This document shows, in pieces, positions 45,352-53,775 of a stretch of 54,227 bases of DNA. Origin of the DNA: a virus. Lineage: Duplodnaviria; Caudoviricetes. The stretch covers positions 1 to 54,227 of IMG/VR virus record IMGVR_UViG_3300030118_005216. One strand, 5' to 3'. The notes under the pieces were generated by a model, which saw only the letters and a program-made list of their open reading frames with translations, was not told the origin of the DNA and did not search any database. The translations under genes were made by a program, and so were the position numbers. Each line of letters begins with the position of its first letter. Position 1 is the first letter of the stretch.

Positions 45352-47895
45352 GTGTCGATTTCTTGTGCCCAATGCAACCAGTGCTCCTTAGGGATTAAAC
45401 TCCGTAAGAACGATGAGTACGTGCCCGTCTTGGCGGAGTCTCACAAAACTGACCGATTGGTCATTATTGGAGATTTCCCCGGTACGCATGAGACTTCTGA
45501 AGGTCGTCCTTTTGTTGGCCCAAGTGGTCATGAGCTTCAAGCGGCTTTGGACAACGCGGGTATAGAACGCTCTGAATGTATTATCACTAATGCTATTGCA
45601 TGCCGCCCTCCCGGGAACCGGCTCGATACCTTTATGGTCCAGCATTCTCGGTCGAACAAAAAGAGAAAGACGAACAAAGAAGAACTCTTGCTGTCTCCCG
45701 CAGAGGCCTGTTCCGGTAGGCTCATGGAAGAGATACGAGGTTTCGATAAGATTATCTGCCTCGGGACAGAAGCTGCACGCGCTGTACGAGGTGGGAACGC
45801 TTCAATCATGTCTATGCGTGGGGCGTGTGAAGAAATAAAAATGCCTTGGGGTAAGGTCAAGATTGGCTACACGCTCCACCCTTCGTTCGTTCTTAGGTCT
45901 CCTAAATGGCAACCAGTATTTCAGCGTGACATACAAAAGGTAATTCGCTTCTTCAACGATGAGTTGAGTTGGCAAGACCCTGAAATATTCTTGCCCAAAA
46001 CTCTCAAGGAAGTTGTCCAAGGTTTCGAGCGCTTGGTAAACGATGACAGTCCAGTTGCCTACGATGTTGAGACCGATGCAAAGAACCCTCTTGATGCGCG
46101 ACTCCGTTGTATAGGATTCGCAAACACACGTTTTAGTATGGTCGTGCCTCTCCTAAGTATTGATGGTCGCAGCACTTTTTTCAGTGAGAGGGACCAAGCC
46201 AGTGTCAACACGATGCTTAGAATCTTTCTAGAGGATCCTCCTGTACCTCTCTTGGGCCACAACGCAGGGCAATATGATAGGCTCGTATGCGAAGAGAAAC
46301 TCGGAGTTACACCGAAACTATCCGTTGATACTCTTCTTCTACATCTTCTGGCCGACAATGAGATGCCCCATAACTTGGGGTTTGTGACCAGCTTTTACTC
46401 GGACTTCACTGAGGCTTGGAAAGCTAATCACACCGCTGTTGATGCACGCAGCGACTTAGAACTACACACATATTGCGCAAAGGACTGTGCGGTCACAGCT
46501 AAGGTTTCTAAGCCTCTTGCCCGTCAAGTTAAGGCTCATTCCCAGTGGGACTTGGTTTCTATTGAGCACCAGCTTCAGTGGGTAGGAACAGGGATGCAGC
46601 GTCTGGGAATGTTTGTAGACCAGAACAGGCTTCAAGAACACAAGAATGAGTTCCAGAAGAAACTGTCAGACAACAGGGCTCTCACAGAAAACCTCGGACC
46701 AGAAAACTTCAACCCAAATTCTACGCACCAGCTTCGAAGGCTAATCTTCTCTGATTGGAAACTCCCCCCCGTCAAGTACAACGACAAGACCGGAGACCCA
46801 AGCACTGATGACGATACTCTCCGTAAGATTCTAACTACGTACGACATTGATGAAGAGAAAAGAGAATTTATTCAAGCAATCCGAATGGTTAGGAGATACA
46901 CCAAACTCTTGAGCACATACATTCGACCGCTTGAGAGCGGCGAGTTGGTTCTGCCCGATGGACGTGTACACCCTTCGTACAACCGTCTTCCAGCAACGGG
47001 CCGATACTCGTCTAGTGCCCCGAATGCCCAAAACATACCCTTCTTTCTTAGAGATATTTTTGTACCAGAACCGGGTCACGTTTTCGTCGGTGCCGATGCA
47101 GACCAGTTGGAGCTTCGGTACATCGCAGAAGAGTCGGGCGCTGACAGGCTTATTGAGATTATCAACACGGGTTTGGACCCACACAACGAGACGATGGAGA
47201 TTGTATATGGCAAAGGGATATGGGACTTGGAGGGAGCGCCAGAGGAAAGAACTCAGAAAGGTAAAGGAACATTCAAGTCTACTAGAGGCGTTACCAAGAA
47301 TGTCCGATACGCTTGGCAATACGCAGCGAGTGTCCCCACAATCCACGAGCAAGTCATCAGTGTCGAAGATGAGGCGGGTAGTCTCATTTACTCACACCTG
47401 ACCCACAGAGATATTCGCGATGTTGTACACGGGCTAAAACGCGCTGACCCTGAGATTCCTAAGTGGTGGGATTCAGTACGGAACCGTTACCGCAGAGAAG
47501 GTTTTATCGCTGATTCCCTTTGGGGTCGTCGCCGTTACTTCCGTGATGAAGAAAAGATTAACGAGTTGGTAAACCATCCTATCCAAACAGGTGGGGCTTC
47601 CATTATTCATGAAGCTATGCTCGAATTAGTTCTGGGTACCCCCGGCAAGGGGACCGTTTCCACACAGTCAACAGACGTGTCCATCCTTCTGCGGGGTGCC
47701 CTTCCTTTCAACTTTGAGGCCCGAACGGGTCTCGTAAACCAGTGCCACGATTCTCTCATGTTTGAGGTGCCCGAAGACAAGGGCGAAGAAGTGGCCGAAC
47801 TATTGCAAGCAGCAATGACCCGTAAGCGTCGTGAGGGAGCAAGACTCGTTTACACGGCGGAGGCGGAAGTGGGTCAAAGCTGGTTGGAGGTATGA
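45352..47895 (+). CDS. polA: Family A DNA polymerase with an N-terminal family-4-type uracil-DNA glycosylase and a 3'-5' exonuclease
   Basis: UDG: C..C.L, IIGDFPG, GRPFVGPSG, TNAIACRP, TLHPS. Exo: YDVET, HNAGQYD, YCAKD. Pol: ATGRYSS..PNAQNIP, DADQLELR, R...K...Y...Y, NHPIQ, CHDSL. Confidence 0.93.
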   Translation: MSISCAQCNQCSLGIKLRKNDEYVPVLAESHKTDRLVIIGDFPGTHETSEGRPFVGPSGHELQAALDNAGIERSECIITNAIACRPPGNRLDTFMVQHSRSNKKRKTNKEELLLSPAEACSGRLMEEIRGFDKIICLGTEAARAVRGGNASIMSMRGACEEIKMPWGKVKIGYTLHPSFVLRSPKWQPVFQRDIQKVIRFFNDELSWQDPEIFLPKTLKEVVQGFERLVNDDSPVAYDVETDAKNPLDARLRCIGFANTRFSMVVPLLSIDGRSTFFSERDQASVNTMLRIFLEDPPVPLLGHNAGQYDRLVCEEKLGVTPKLSVDTLLLHLLADNEMPHNLGFVTSFYSDFTEAWKANHTAVDARSDLELHTYCAKDCAVTAKVSKPLARQVKAHSQWDLVSIEHQLQWVGTGMQRLGMFVDQNRLQEHKNEFQKKLSDNRALTENLGPENFNPNSTHQLRRLIFSDWKLPPVKYNDKTGDPSTDDDTLRKILTTYDIDEEKREFIQAIRMVRRYTKLLSTYIRPLESGELVLPDGRVHPSYNRLPATGRYSSSAPNAQNIPFFLRDIFVPEPGHVFVGADADQLELRYIAEESGADRLIEIINTGLDPHNETMEIVYGKGIWDLEGAPEERTQKGKGTFKSTRGVTKNVRYAWQYAASVPTIHEQVISVEDEAGSLIYSHLTHRDIRDVVHGLKRADPEIPKWWDSVRNRYRREGFIADSLWGRRRYFRDEEKINELVNHPIQTGGASIIHEAMLELVLGTPGKGTVSTQSTDVSILLRGALPFNFEARTGLVNQCHDSLMFEVPEDKGEEVAELLQAAMTRKRREGARLVYTAEAEVGQSWLEV

Positions 47896-47896
47896 A

Positions 47897-48100
47897 GTGA
47901 GCTACACCCACAGAATATTTAACCTAAAAGATGCCCCCAAAGATGGGAGGTGTTGGAGACTGCTCATTTGTAGAGATGAGCCTCGCCCAAATTCTACCGT
48001 TCCAGACGCTACTGTCGTCTTTGTTGGAGATTACACTGCAAAGATTGGTGCAGAAAGAGCAGCTAAAAGACAACTGAAAAAACTGGTGGAGAAATTATGA
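47897..48100 (+). CDS. Hypothetical protein (67 aa, GTG start re-called)
   Basis: GGAGG 6 nt upstream of GTG 47897; ATGA overlap downstream. Confidence 0.6.
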   Translation: MSYTHRIFNLKDAPKDGRCWRLLICRDEPRPNSTVPDATVVFVGDYTAKIGAERAAKRQLKKLVEKL

Positions 48101-48549
48101 GAGTTTTTTACGCACACAGTTCTATGTGTAGTCCAGCCCAAGTGGTCGCTGAAACTAAGCTTCTTTCCAGTACAATGGATAGCAAGTTTGGTAAGAAGGC
48201 CCTCGTGAGGTCTGGGCGTTCCGATTATGAGAATCGTTTTCGCGGTGACTGGGAAGAATGGCAGCGCGGGGTCGTTACTCGCTCTAATGCGACTACAGGC
48301 CAAAAAGCTTATGACGTGTTCGTCGTAACCGGAGTGGACTGTGGAAGGGCTACTGCTAACATACTACGTCTTGCGCTTGAACATGGAAGACCCGTATTCT
48401 GGTGGAATGGACAAGAAGAAGCCGTCTTCAAAAAAGTGGCCCGTATTGAAGTCCATGATGAAGAAGATTGGTCGAGTGGGTGGGTGATTGTTTGCAAGGA
48501 GCGTAAGCCTAAGCAAATGCCTCTCCCCTTTGGTCCGGGAGAAGAGTGA
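48097..48549 (+). CDS. Nucleoside deoxyribosyltransferase-like Rossmann-fold protein
   Basis: MRVFYAHS...YDVFVV...GRATANILRLALEHGRPVFWW follows the NDT layout. Confidence 0.5.
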   Translation: MRVFYAHSSMCSPAQVVAETKLLSSTMDSKFGKKALVRSGRSDYENRFRGDWEEWQRGVVTRSNATTGQKAYDVFVVTGVDCGRATANILRLALEHGRPVFWWNGQEEAVFKKVARIEVHDEEDWSSGWVIVCKERKPKQMPLPFGPGEE

Positions 48550-48773
48550 TGAGCCACCAAATTCAATTGCAGATTCTTAGGTTGGACGGCTGGACTGATG
48601 AGAAGTTGTCAGTCGAGATAGGCGAAATGCTTGGGGGAGAAGGCCCAAGTACTCAGACTATCTACCGCTGGAGAACCGGAAAAACCCGACCCGCAAGGGT
48701 CTTTCAGGGCGTGTTGCAACGCCTTTACGACAACAACAACCCAAATGGAGCAGGCAATGGGAAAGATAATTAA
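48546..48773 (+). CDS. Cro/XRE-like HTH protein
   Basis: GWTDEKLSVEI...PSTQTIYRWRTGKTRP. Confidence 0.75.
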   Translation: MMSHQIQLQILRLDGWTDEKLSVEIGEMLGGEGPSTQTIYRWRTGKTRPARVFQGVLQRLYDNNNPNGAGNGKDN

Positions 48774-50166
48774 AGTTACGAGCAACATCAAAAGCGTAGA
48801 CGGGAGGGCATGGTCTCAAGACTTGTCAGACCTAAACATTCTGATTGGCCCCAACGAAAGCGGCAAAAGCGCTATCGCAGAGGCTGTTCAGCTTGCCACG
48901 AGCGGCAGCGCGTACGGACTGTTCTTCCGTTCTGCCCAAGTAAAAGCGGGCAACCAACTCGGAAAACTCTCTTGCAGTGAAGAAGAGATATTCGCGGAAG
49001 TTGAGTACGAGGATGGCTCAACCAGTCGCTGGGAGATGAACAAGGGCGGTAGGCCCAAGAGAACAGGGGAGAAGACTACGATTCTTCCTGTTGCTGAACT
49101 CCGTGACGCATTGAGCGGCTCAGCAACAAGAGCACGGCACTTCTTTGGTCCCTTGCTTATTAAGGAGACTTTCTCACGAGAAAGCTTTGAGAAGCTTCTG
49201 CCCAACAAGGAAGTAGACCTCAGTCTCCCCCTTGAAAAGATTCTTCCAGACTACGGAAAAGACCTAACTGTTGGGGACGTCATCAAAGCCTACAAAGCTT
49301 GTGGCTCTTGGAAGAGAGACAGCAAATCCATGTCCAAGGCTTCAGACACAATCCTCAAGCAATTCAGTCTTGCAGAGCCAATGGACCATTCAAAAGAAAC
49401 ACAGCTTACTGATGATATGCAGTTGGCAGTAAAACTGGAGTGGCTCAAGAAGTTGTACAAAGAAGACGGCTTCACAGAAGAAGAGAAATCAGTCTTGGGC
49501 AAACTTGCACTGCATATCGCAGACCGGGACAAGCTGAAGGAACTCAAGGGTTCTGCTCAATACTTCGATGAGATTAGCGCTCTTTGGGTAAAGGGAACTC
49601 TTTATCGTCAGACACAAAGCGCAAGGAAGAAAGCTAAACGCGCTGAAGAGGATGCGAAGAGTTTTGAAACTCTTGAGCAGGCCCTCGACGTTGCGTTGAT
49701 GATGCTTCTCACGCCCGAAATCACGAAGTACTGTCGGAGGGTGAACAAGTTCTTGCCCAAGGGCGATAAGTTCGGTATCCGACACGACCTGAAGGGCTTC
49801 TCAATCTTCCTGAAAAGAGGGGACGTGGAGCACTATGCTCTTTCGGGAAGCACAGAAGCACGAGTTTTAGCAGCTATGGGAGCAGCGTTGTCTACTGATG
49901 ATAGTCCGACTGTTCTTGTTCTTGATGATAGAATGTGGGACGCGAAAACCCTAGCTAGAACTATGGAGAGGCTTGAACATTCCAGTGGTTTTCAGGCGAT
50001 CCTAATGTCTACGTTTAAGCCAAGAGGCAGGGCACGAGCCAAGTGGAACTATGTCGAAATCAGTCCGAAAGGCTATGATGTTGAGGATGAAGAAGTTCAA
50101 GAAGAAACTCAAATCCCACTTGAAGGAAATCCACTTGAGGAGGCAAACGAGTCGTATGGCAAGTAG
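48757..50166 (+). CDS. SbcC/RecF-like ABC ATPase (start re-called at MGKIIKV)
   Basis: NIKS, ILIGPNESGKSAI, signature LSGSTE, Walker B VLVLDD, QAILMST. Confidence 0.8.
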   Translation: MGKIIKVTSNIKSVDGRAWSQDLSDLNILIGPNESGKSAIAEAVQLATSGSAYGLFFRSAQVKAGNQLGKLSCSEEEIFAEVEYEDGSTSRWEMNKGGRPKRTGEKTTILPVAELRDALSGSATRARHFFGPLLIKETFSRESFEKLLPNKEVDLSLPLEKILPDYGKDLTVGDVIKAYKACGSWKRDSKSMSKASDTILKQFSLAEPMDHSKETQLTDDMQLAVKLEWLKKLYKEDGFTEEEKSVLGKLALHIADRDKLKELKGSAQYFDEISALWVKGTLYRQTQSARKKAKRAEEDAKSFETLEQALDVALMMLLTPEITKYCRRVNKFLPKGDKFGIRHDLKGFSIFLKRGDVEHYALSGSTEARVLAAMGAALSTDDSPTVLVLDDRMWDAKTLARTMERLEHSSGFQAILMSTFKPRGRARAKWNYVEISPKGYDVEDEEVQEETQIPLEGNPLEEANESYGK

Positions 50167-50383
50167 TCTCATAGAAGAAGCCGTGAACCAAATGTCCTCT
50201 GAGATAAAGACAACAGTCGGATTGAGTCTTGTTTCTGACCCGGGATTCCTTAGTTTGTACGCTGGAGATGATTCCTTGATTGCCCGTGTGCCAGCTACTA
50301 TGGACCCAATGGATGATATTGACCTCATCCGTTCGGTCTGGTTCGCATCTTCAAGGGTCATGTCTAATGACACTTGGGACTAA
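50156..50383 (+). CDS. Hypothetical protein (75 aa, start re-called)
   Basis: GAGGAGG upstream; overlaps the ATPase stop. Confidence 0.55.
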   Translation: MASSLIEEAVNQMSSEIKTTVGLSLVSDPGFLSLYAGDDSLIARVPATMDPMDDIDLIRSVWFASSRVMSNDTWD

Positions 50384-50433
50384 GCGGACATAATGTGTCC
50401 GACACCCCAAGAACTACGCTGTTAAAATAGAAT

Positions 50434-50640
50434 CGTACGGCCATGCTTCGTACGCAGGGGAGGCTTTTGTTTGTTTACCTCCCCGAAACCGGCAGTCGCA
50501 ACGGTAAGCTCCTTCATGATCGTTGAAATGGGAGCATCCTCACCTCCACGCAGTCCTGTGGGAGCAGAAAGTATTGTGATAACAGGACAACCCGGCCTCC
50601 AACTCTTGCCTGAGAATCAAGAGTTGGGGGTCTTTACTTT
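50434..50640 (+). ncRNA. Candidate independently transcribed small RNA
   Basis: Extended -10 TG-T-TAAAAT at 50420-50428, a run of hairpins and a 15-bp terminator-like stem. Confidence 0.55.
50594..50640. terminator. Terminator-like hairpin between the convergent arms
   Basis: GGCCTCCAACTCTTG/CAAGAGTTGGGGGTC followed by TTTACTTT. Confidence 0.75.
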
Positions 50641-50939
50641 TTCTCTAGTAGTCGGTCTAACTTAGCCACAATATCGTTGTGTACTTTAGTCCGGGTAATC
50701 AAAAAGTCTTTTGACTGGCTGTCAGCCGTGTCTCGATATTCTTTTATGACGTTATCGTACCGCTCCCGCATTTTCTCTGAGCGAGAGTCGTACTCCCTAC
50801 GAATCTCATCTAACTGCTCTTGAAATCCTTCTACGAGTTTGTCTAGGCGTTTTTGCATAGCCATAAACTGGTAAATCAAAAAAGCAGCAAAAAGTCCAAG
50901 GTGCCCGCCTGAGAGGAGCGAGTCTAAAATAGCGTCCAT
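50634..50939 (-). CDS. Holin-like protein (one N-terminal TM plus coiled coil, BhlA-like layout)
   Basis: GHLGLFAAFLIYQF followed by a charged helix; coupled to the lysin by TAATG. Confidence 0.6.
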   Translation of the reverse strand: MDAILDSLLSGGHLGLFAAFLIYQFMAMQKRLDKLVEGFQEQLDEIRREYDSRSEKMRERYDNVIKEYRDTADSQSKDFLITRTKVHNDIVAKLDRLLEKK

Positions 50940-51514
50940 TAGAACTCCGGTTCATCGATTAGGCAGTAACTGAAAGAGTTACCCCACTTCTCCCTTGCTG
51001 CGTAGCAGATGCTCATGAACTCTTCGAAGTCTTTTTCATTAGAAAAAACCTGACAACCGGCTGACCACTTGTCTACTTGCGTAGAAGATTCTCCAGCTTT
51101 GTGAATATTGATCCCATAATAGCCTTCAGTAATAGACTGTACATCAAGGTCAATAACATCGTCTTTATTGCTATCACGGTAAACCTTGACCTTACCGTTC
51201 CTTTGGCAGAGGGCATCATACTTCCCTTGGTGTTTGTCAATCTTCCACACACTTCTGTATTGGCCGGGAACCAACACCGCCGTACCGTTTACGTTTGTAG
51301 GATTCTCAAGCCAGTACTTACCGGGCTCTGTAGTGCATTCCCAAGTTCGAGTAATCCACCCCTGTTCATCCCGAAACACAACGCAAATCCGGTCGTCAAA
51401 ACGATTCGGACTATGGTCACGGCTTCGAATACCAATAATATTAAGGTTGTACTTCCCTTCTTCGAAGACTGTGTGCCCTAAAGACTCCACGTAATCTAGA
51501 AGAAAGGGCCTCAC
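50939..51514 (-). CDS. Putative endolysin with an L,D-transpeptidase-like His/Cys motif (start re-called at GTG 51514)
   Basis: LNIIGIR, NRFDD, TTEPG, GQY, YRD, GINIHKAG...WSAGCQV; GTGA overlap with the upstream gene. Confidence 0.7.
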   Translation of the reverse strand: MRPFLLDYVESLGHTVFEEGKYNLNIIGIRSRDHSPNRFDDRICVVFRDEQGWITRTWECTTEPGKYWLENPTNVNGTAVLVPGQYRSVWKIDKHQGKYDALCQRNGKVKVYRDSNKDDVIDLDVQSITEGYYGINIHKAGESSTQVDKWSAGCQVFSNEKDFEEFMSICYAAREKWGNSFSYCLIDEPEF

Positions 51515-51714
51515 TGACAACTCACATTCAACGCTTGGCACATCTTGGCTTGGTTTTTCATCATTGTTCGAATGTCTTCGCCCACTGCGTCTTGCTTGAG
51601 TTCCAGCTTGTTCACTCTTTGTGCTAAAGCATCGACCTGAAACCAGCCGCCACCAGCGAAGAAGATAAGAGAGACAATCCATATCACCATTTTTGAATCC
51701 CAAAATTCTTTCAT
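51511..51714 (-). CDS. Small membrane protein (lysis cassette)
   Basis: TM VIWIVSLIFFAGGGWF plus coiled coil. Confidence 0.6.
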   Translation of the reverse strand: MKEFWDSKMVIWIVSLIFFAGGGWFQVDALAQRVNKLELKQDAVGEDIRTMMKNQAKMCQALNVSCQ

Positions 51715-52157
51715 CTTTGCATACCAGAAGAGTAGTAGTAAGTAGTGCCAAGGCCCGCAGTAACAATACCTACTATTGCGATTGTTTCTATTCTACCAAG
51801 CCAGCGTTGGGTAGTAGGCCGGTCTAACCAAGGGAGGGGCTCGTTAGCTTGTTCTAACTTATTTTTGTACCAATCTCGTTCCATTTCTATGGCGCTCACT
51901 TCGACGCGGAACTGAGCCTCTAACGATTTTGCCCACTGTTCTGTGGATAGGAGGTCTGCATAATCAGAGAGCGGGACAACCAAACCGGAGCAGGCTGCAA
52001 TCGACGGAGAGGACGAGAGCAGAGAAGGATGGAATGATTGTCCCGCACGTATAGGGTATGTTTTTTGGCATTCTCCGTCTACTTTTTCCGGCGCTTCCGG
52101 TCTAGGTAGCGGCTCTACCGCCCAAGAGAGAGGAGATAGCAATAAACATAAAAACAT
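51711..52157 (-). CDS. Exported protein with a C-terminal TM (spanin-like)
   Basis: Signal-like MFLCLLLSPLSWA, coiled coil, TM IAIVGIVTAGLG. Confidence 0.5.
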   Translation of the reverse strand: MFLCLLLSPLSWAVEPLPRPEAPEKVDGECQKTYPIRAGQSFHPSLLSSSPSIAACSGLVVPLSDYADLLSTEQWAKSLEAQFRVEVSAIEMERDWYKNKLEQANEPLPWLDRPTTQRWLGRIETIAIVGIVTAGLGTTYYYSSGMQR

Positions 52158-52396
52158 TATCTTCTTCTCGAATTTCCAAGATCCGCCAAGTCTCCAGCAG
52201 GGTCTTCCCCTTCAACAGCACTTTCTATTTTTTCTGTTTGTTCTTCAAGATTCTGCTTAATATTTTTGCGAGAAGCACTAAGTACAGAATTCTCAGGTGG
52301 CGCTTTTGTCGTTTTACGTTTTTTCTTTTTAGAAAATAACCAAACAAACAAGCCAAAAAAAAGGGAGCCCAAAAGAGGCAGGACAGTTTCCGTCAC
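52157..52396 (-). CDS. i-spanin-like membrane protein
   Basis: N-terminal TM followed by a basic patch and a helical domain. Confidence 0.45.
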   Translation of the reverse strand: MTETVLPLLGSLFFGLFVWLFSKKKKRKTTKAPPENSVLSASRKNIKQNLEEQTEKIESAVEGEDPAGDLADLGNSRRR

Positions 52397-52767
52397 GCTG
52401 TCACCAGAATTTTTATGATGACGTTATTCGATGGCCCAGAAAGCTCTGTGTACACATTAGATGAAGTTACCCAAGCAGAGAGTCCACTCGAATAGTTGTG
52501 ACCTTCTGACCAAGTGAACGTAGACTTTTTTCCTGCTGAAACGTAAAGACGAAAGTCGGGTACTGTTGTTCCTGACGTTGCGCTGGAAGCTTCCGCGATG
52601 TTTAAGTATATACCTGTATTTTCGTTAAGCGTATTATCCACTTCAACGAGGTAGAGAGTTCCCGAAGTGCTCCCGGTGATGTTGTCGTCGGCGCTCGTCG
52701 AGGTGCTGACGATACACACAAGCTCATCAGCCAAAGAAGTGGGAGTGGTCTTTGTGTACGAAGCCAT
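52393..52767 (-). CDS. Beta-sandwich virion protein, paralogue 4
   Basis: GTLYLVEVDN...IYLNI...GTTVPDFRLYV...GLSAWVT. Confidence 0.6.
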   Translation of the reverse strand: MASYTKTTPTSLADELVCIVSTSTSADDNITGSTSGTLYLVEVDNTLNENTGIYLNIAEASSATSGTTVPDFRLYVSAGKKSTFTWSEGHNYSSGLSAWVTSSNVYTELSGPSNNVIIKILVTA

Positions 52768-53192
52768 TAAGCATACCCAGTAGAAATTACATTAATTGGC
52801 TCTGTTTCAGTGGACGCCCTGTCAACCAGTATTGTTACCTTCACTGTCCCATTAGTAACAACGCTCGGAGCAGTCACATTACTGTTTGAAGCTCCCCTTG
52901 TAGCCCAAAAAGTTAGGCCAGCAGAGAAAGCTCCTGCGTCCTCAAAAGAAACAGTTTCGATCTTTCCTGCTTTTACTCGAAATATCCAATCAGCTTCTTC
53001 GTTGTTTGCAGCAGACAAAGCATCCTTAATTTTTATAAAGACGTCTTGGTCTCCCTGACTATTATTTACTTGGACTTGCCTAATTATGCCGTTTGAGCCA
53101 AGACAATTCGAATTTACAGTTAGGCCCGCAGCATTCTCATGAGCAATCCTAAAATCAAAAGCCTGAGGCCAACTGGTAACACTTAAGGACAT
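52767..53192 (-). CDS. Beta-sandwich virion protein, paralogue 3
   Basis: GIIRQVQVNN...VFIKI...ADWIFRV...GLTFWAT. Confidence 0.6.
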   Translation of the reverse strand: MSLSVTSWPQAFDFRIAHENAAGLTVNSNCLGSNGIIRQVQVNNSQGDQDVFIKIKDALSAANNEEADWIFRVKAGKIETVSFEDAGAFSAGLTFWATRGASNSNVTAPSVVTNGTVKVTILVDRASTETEPINVISTGYA

Positions 53193-53195
53193 TCA

Positions 53196-53390
53196 CTACT
53201 TCTTTGAGATGGCACTCATGGCTTTTTCTGCCGAATCCCCTGCAATGTAAGCAAGGCCCAAGTACAACCACTCTTGAGAGTCAAGACGGTTGAGAAGAAG
53301 GAGGGCAGTGCCCAAGGCGAGGACAGCGAGACGACGCCAAGAGACGCGTTTTTGAGAGCAGAACAGTTTATCGAGAATATTCTTCATCAT
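53196..53390 (-). CDS. Two-TM holin-like protein (start re-called at MMKNIL)
   Basis: SWRRLAVLALGTALLLL...EWLYLGLAYIAGDSAEK; AGGA RBS. Confidence 0.6.
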   Translation of the reverse strand: MMKNILDKLFCSQKRVSWRRLAVLALGTALLLLNRLDSQEWLYLGLAYIAGDSAEKAMSAISKK

Positions 53391-53395
53391 TAGTC

Positions 53396-53767
53396 CTATT
53401 GAGCAACTATGCGAACGGTTACAGTGTCTGCTGGGACACCTTGGGTGGTTGCGTTGGCTTGGGTCGAGGTGACCCAAAATGTCAGCGCTGTAGCGACGGG
53501 CTGACCTGTCCCATTGATGTATGAAACAGTGCTATTTGCTGGAGCAAAAAACTTAAAATCTGGGTTTGCAACATCTGCATTAGCTACAGACTGCGTTTCT
53601 GCTATTTTTAAGTAAGCCGACACAGAAGAATTGTTTGTGATGACAATGTTGTACAAAGTCGGGGCAGTACCTGTGACATTGTTCTCAACACTAATTGAAG
53701 TGCCCGTCGAATGGGTAATGAGAAACTGCCCAAGTGGGCTCGCTACGGTTCCGAGAGTAGATGCCAT
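53396..53767 (-). CDS. Beta-sandwich virion protein, paralogue 2
   Basis: TLYNIVITN...AYLKI...NPDFKFFA...ALTFWVT. Confidence 0.6.
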   Translation of the reverse strand: MASTLGTVASPLGQFLITHSTGTSISVENNVTGTAPTLYNIVITNNSSVSAYLKIAETQSVANADVANPDFKFFAPANSTVSYINGTGQPVATALTFWVTSTQANATTQGVPADTVTVRIVAQ

Positions 53768-53775
53768 TTTAATTC

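Noticed and set aside
45352-47895. DpoZ / 2-aminoadenine or hmU genome
   Set aside because: No purZ, datZ, mazZ, dCMP deaminase or hydroxymethylase is recognisable in the window; they cannot be excluded outside it.
53385-53390. Lambda S-like dual-start holin
   Set aside because: The two Met codons are adjacent with no charged residue between them, so the holin/antiholin logic does not apply.
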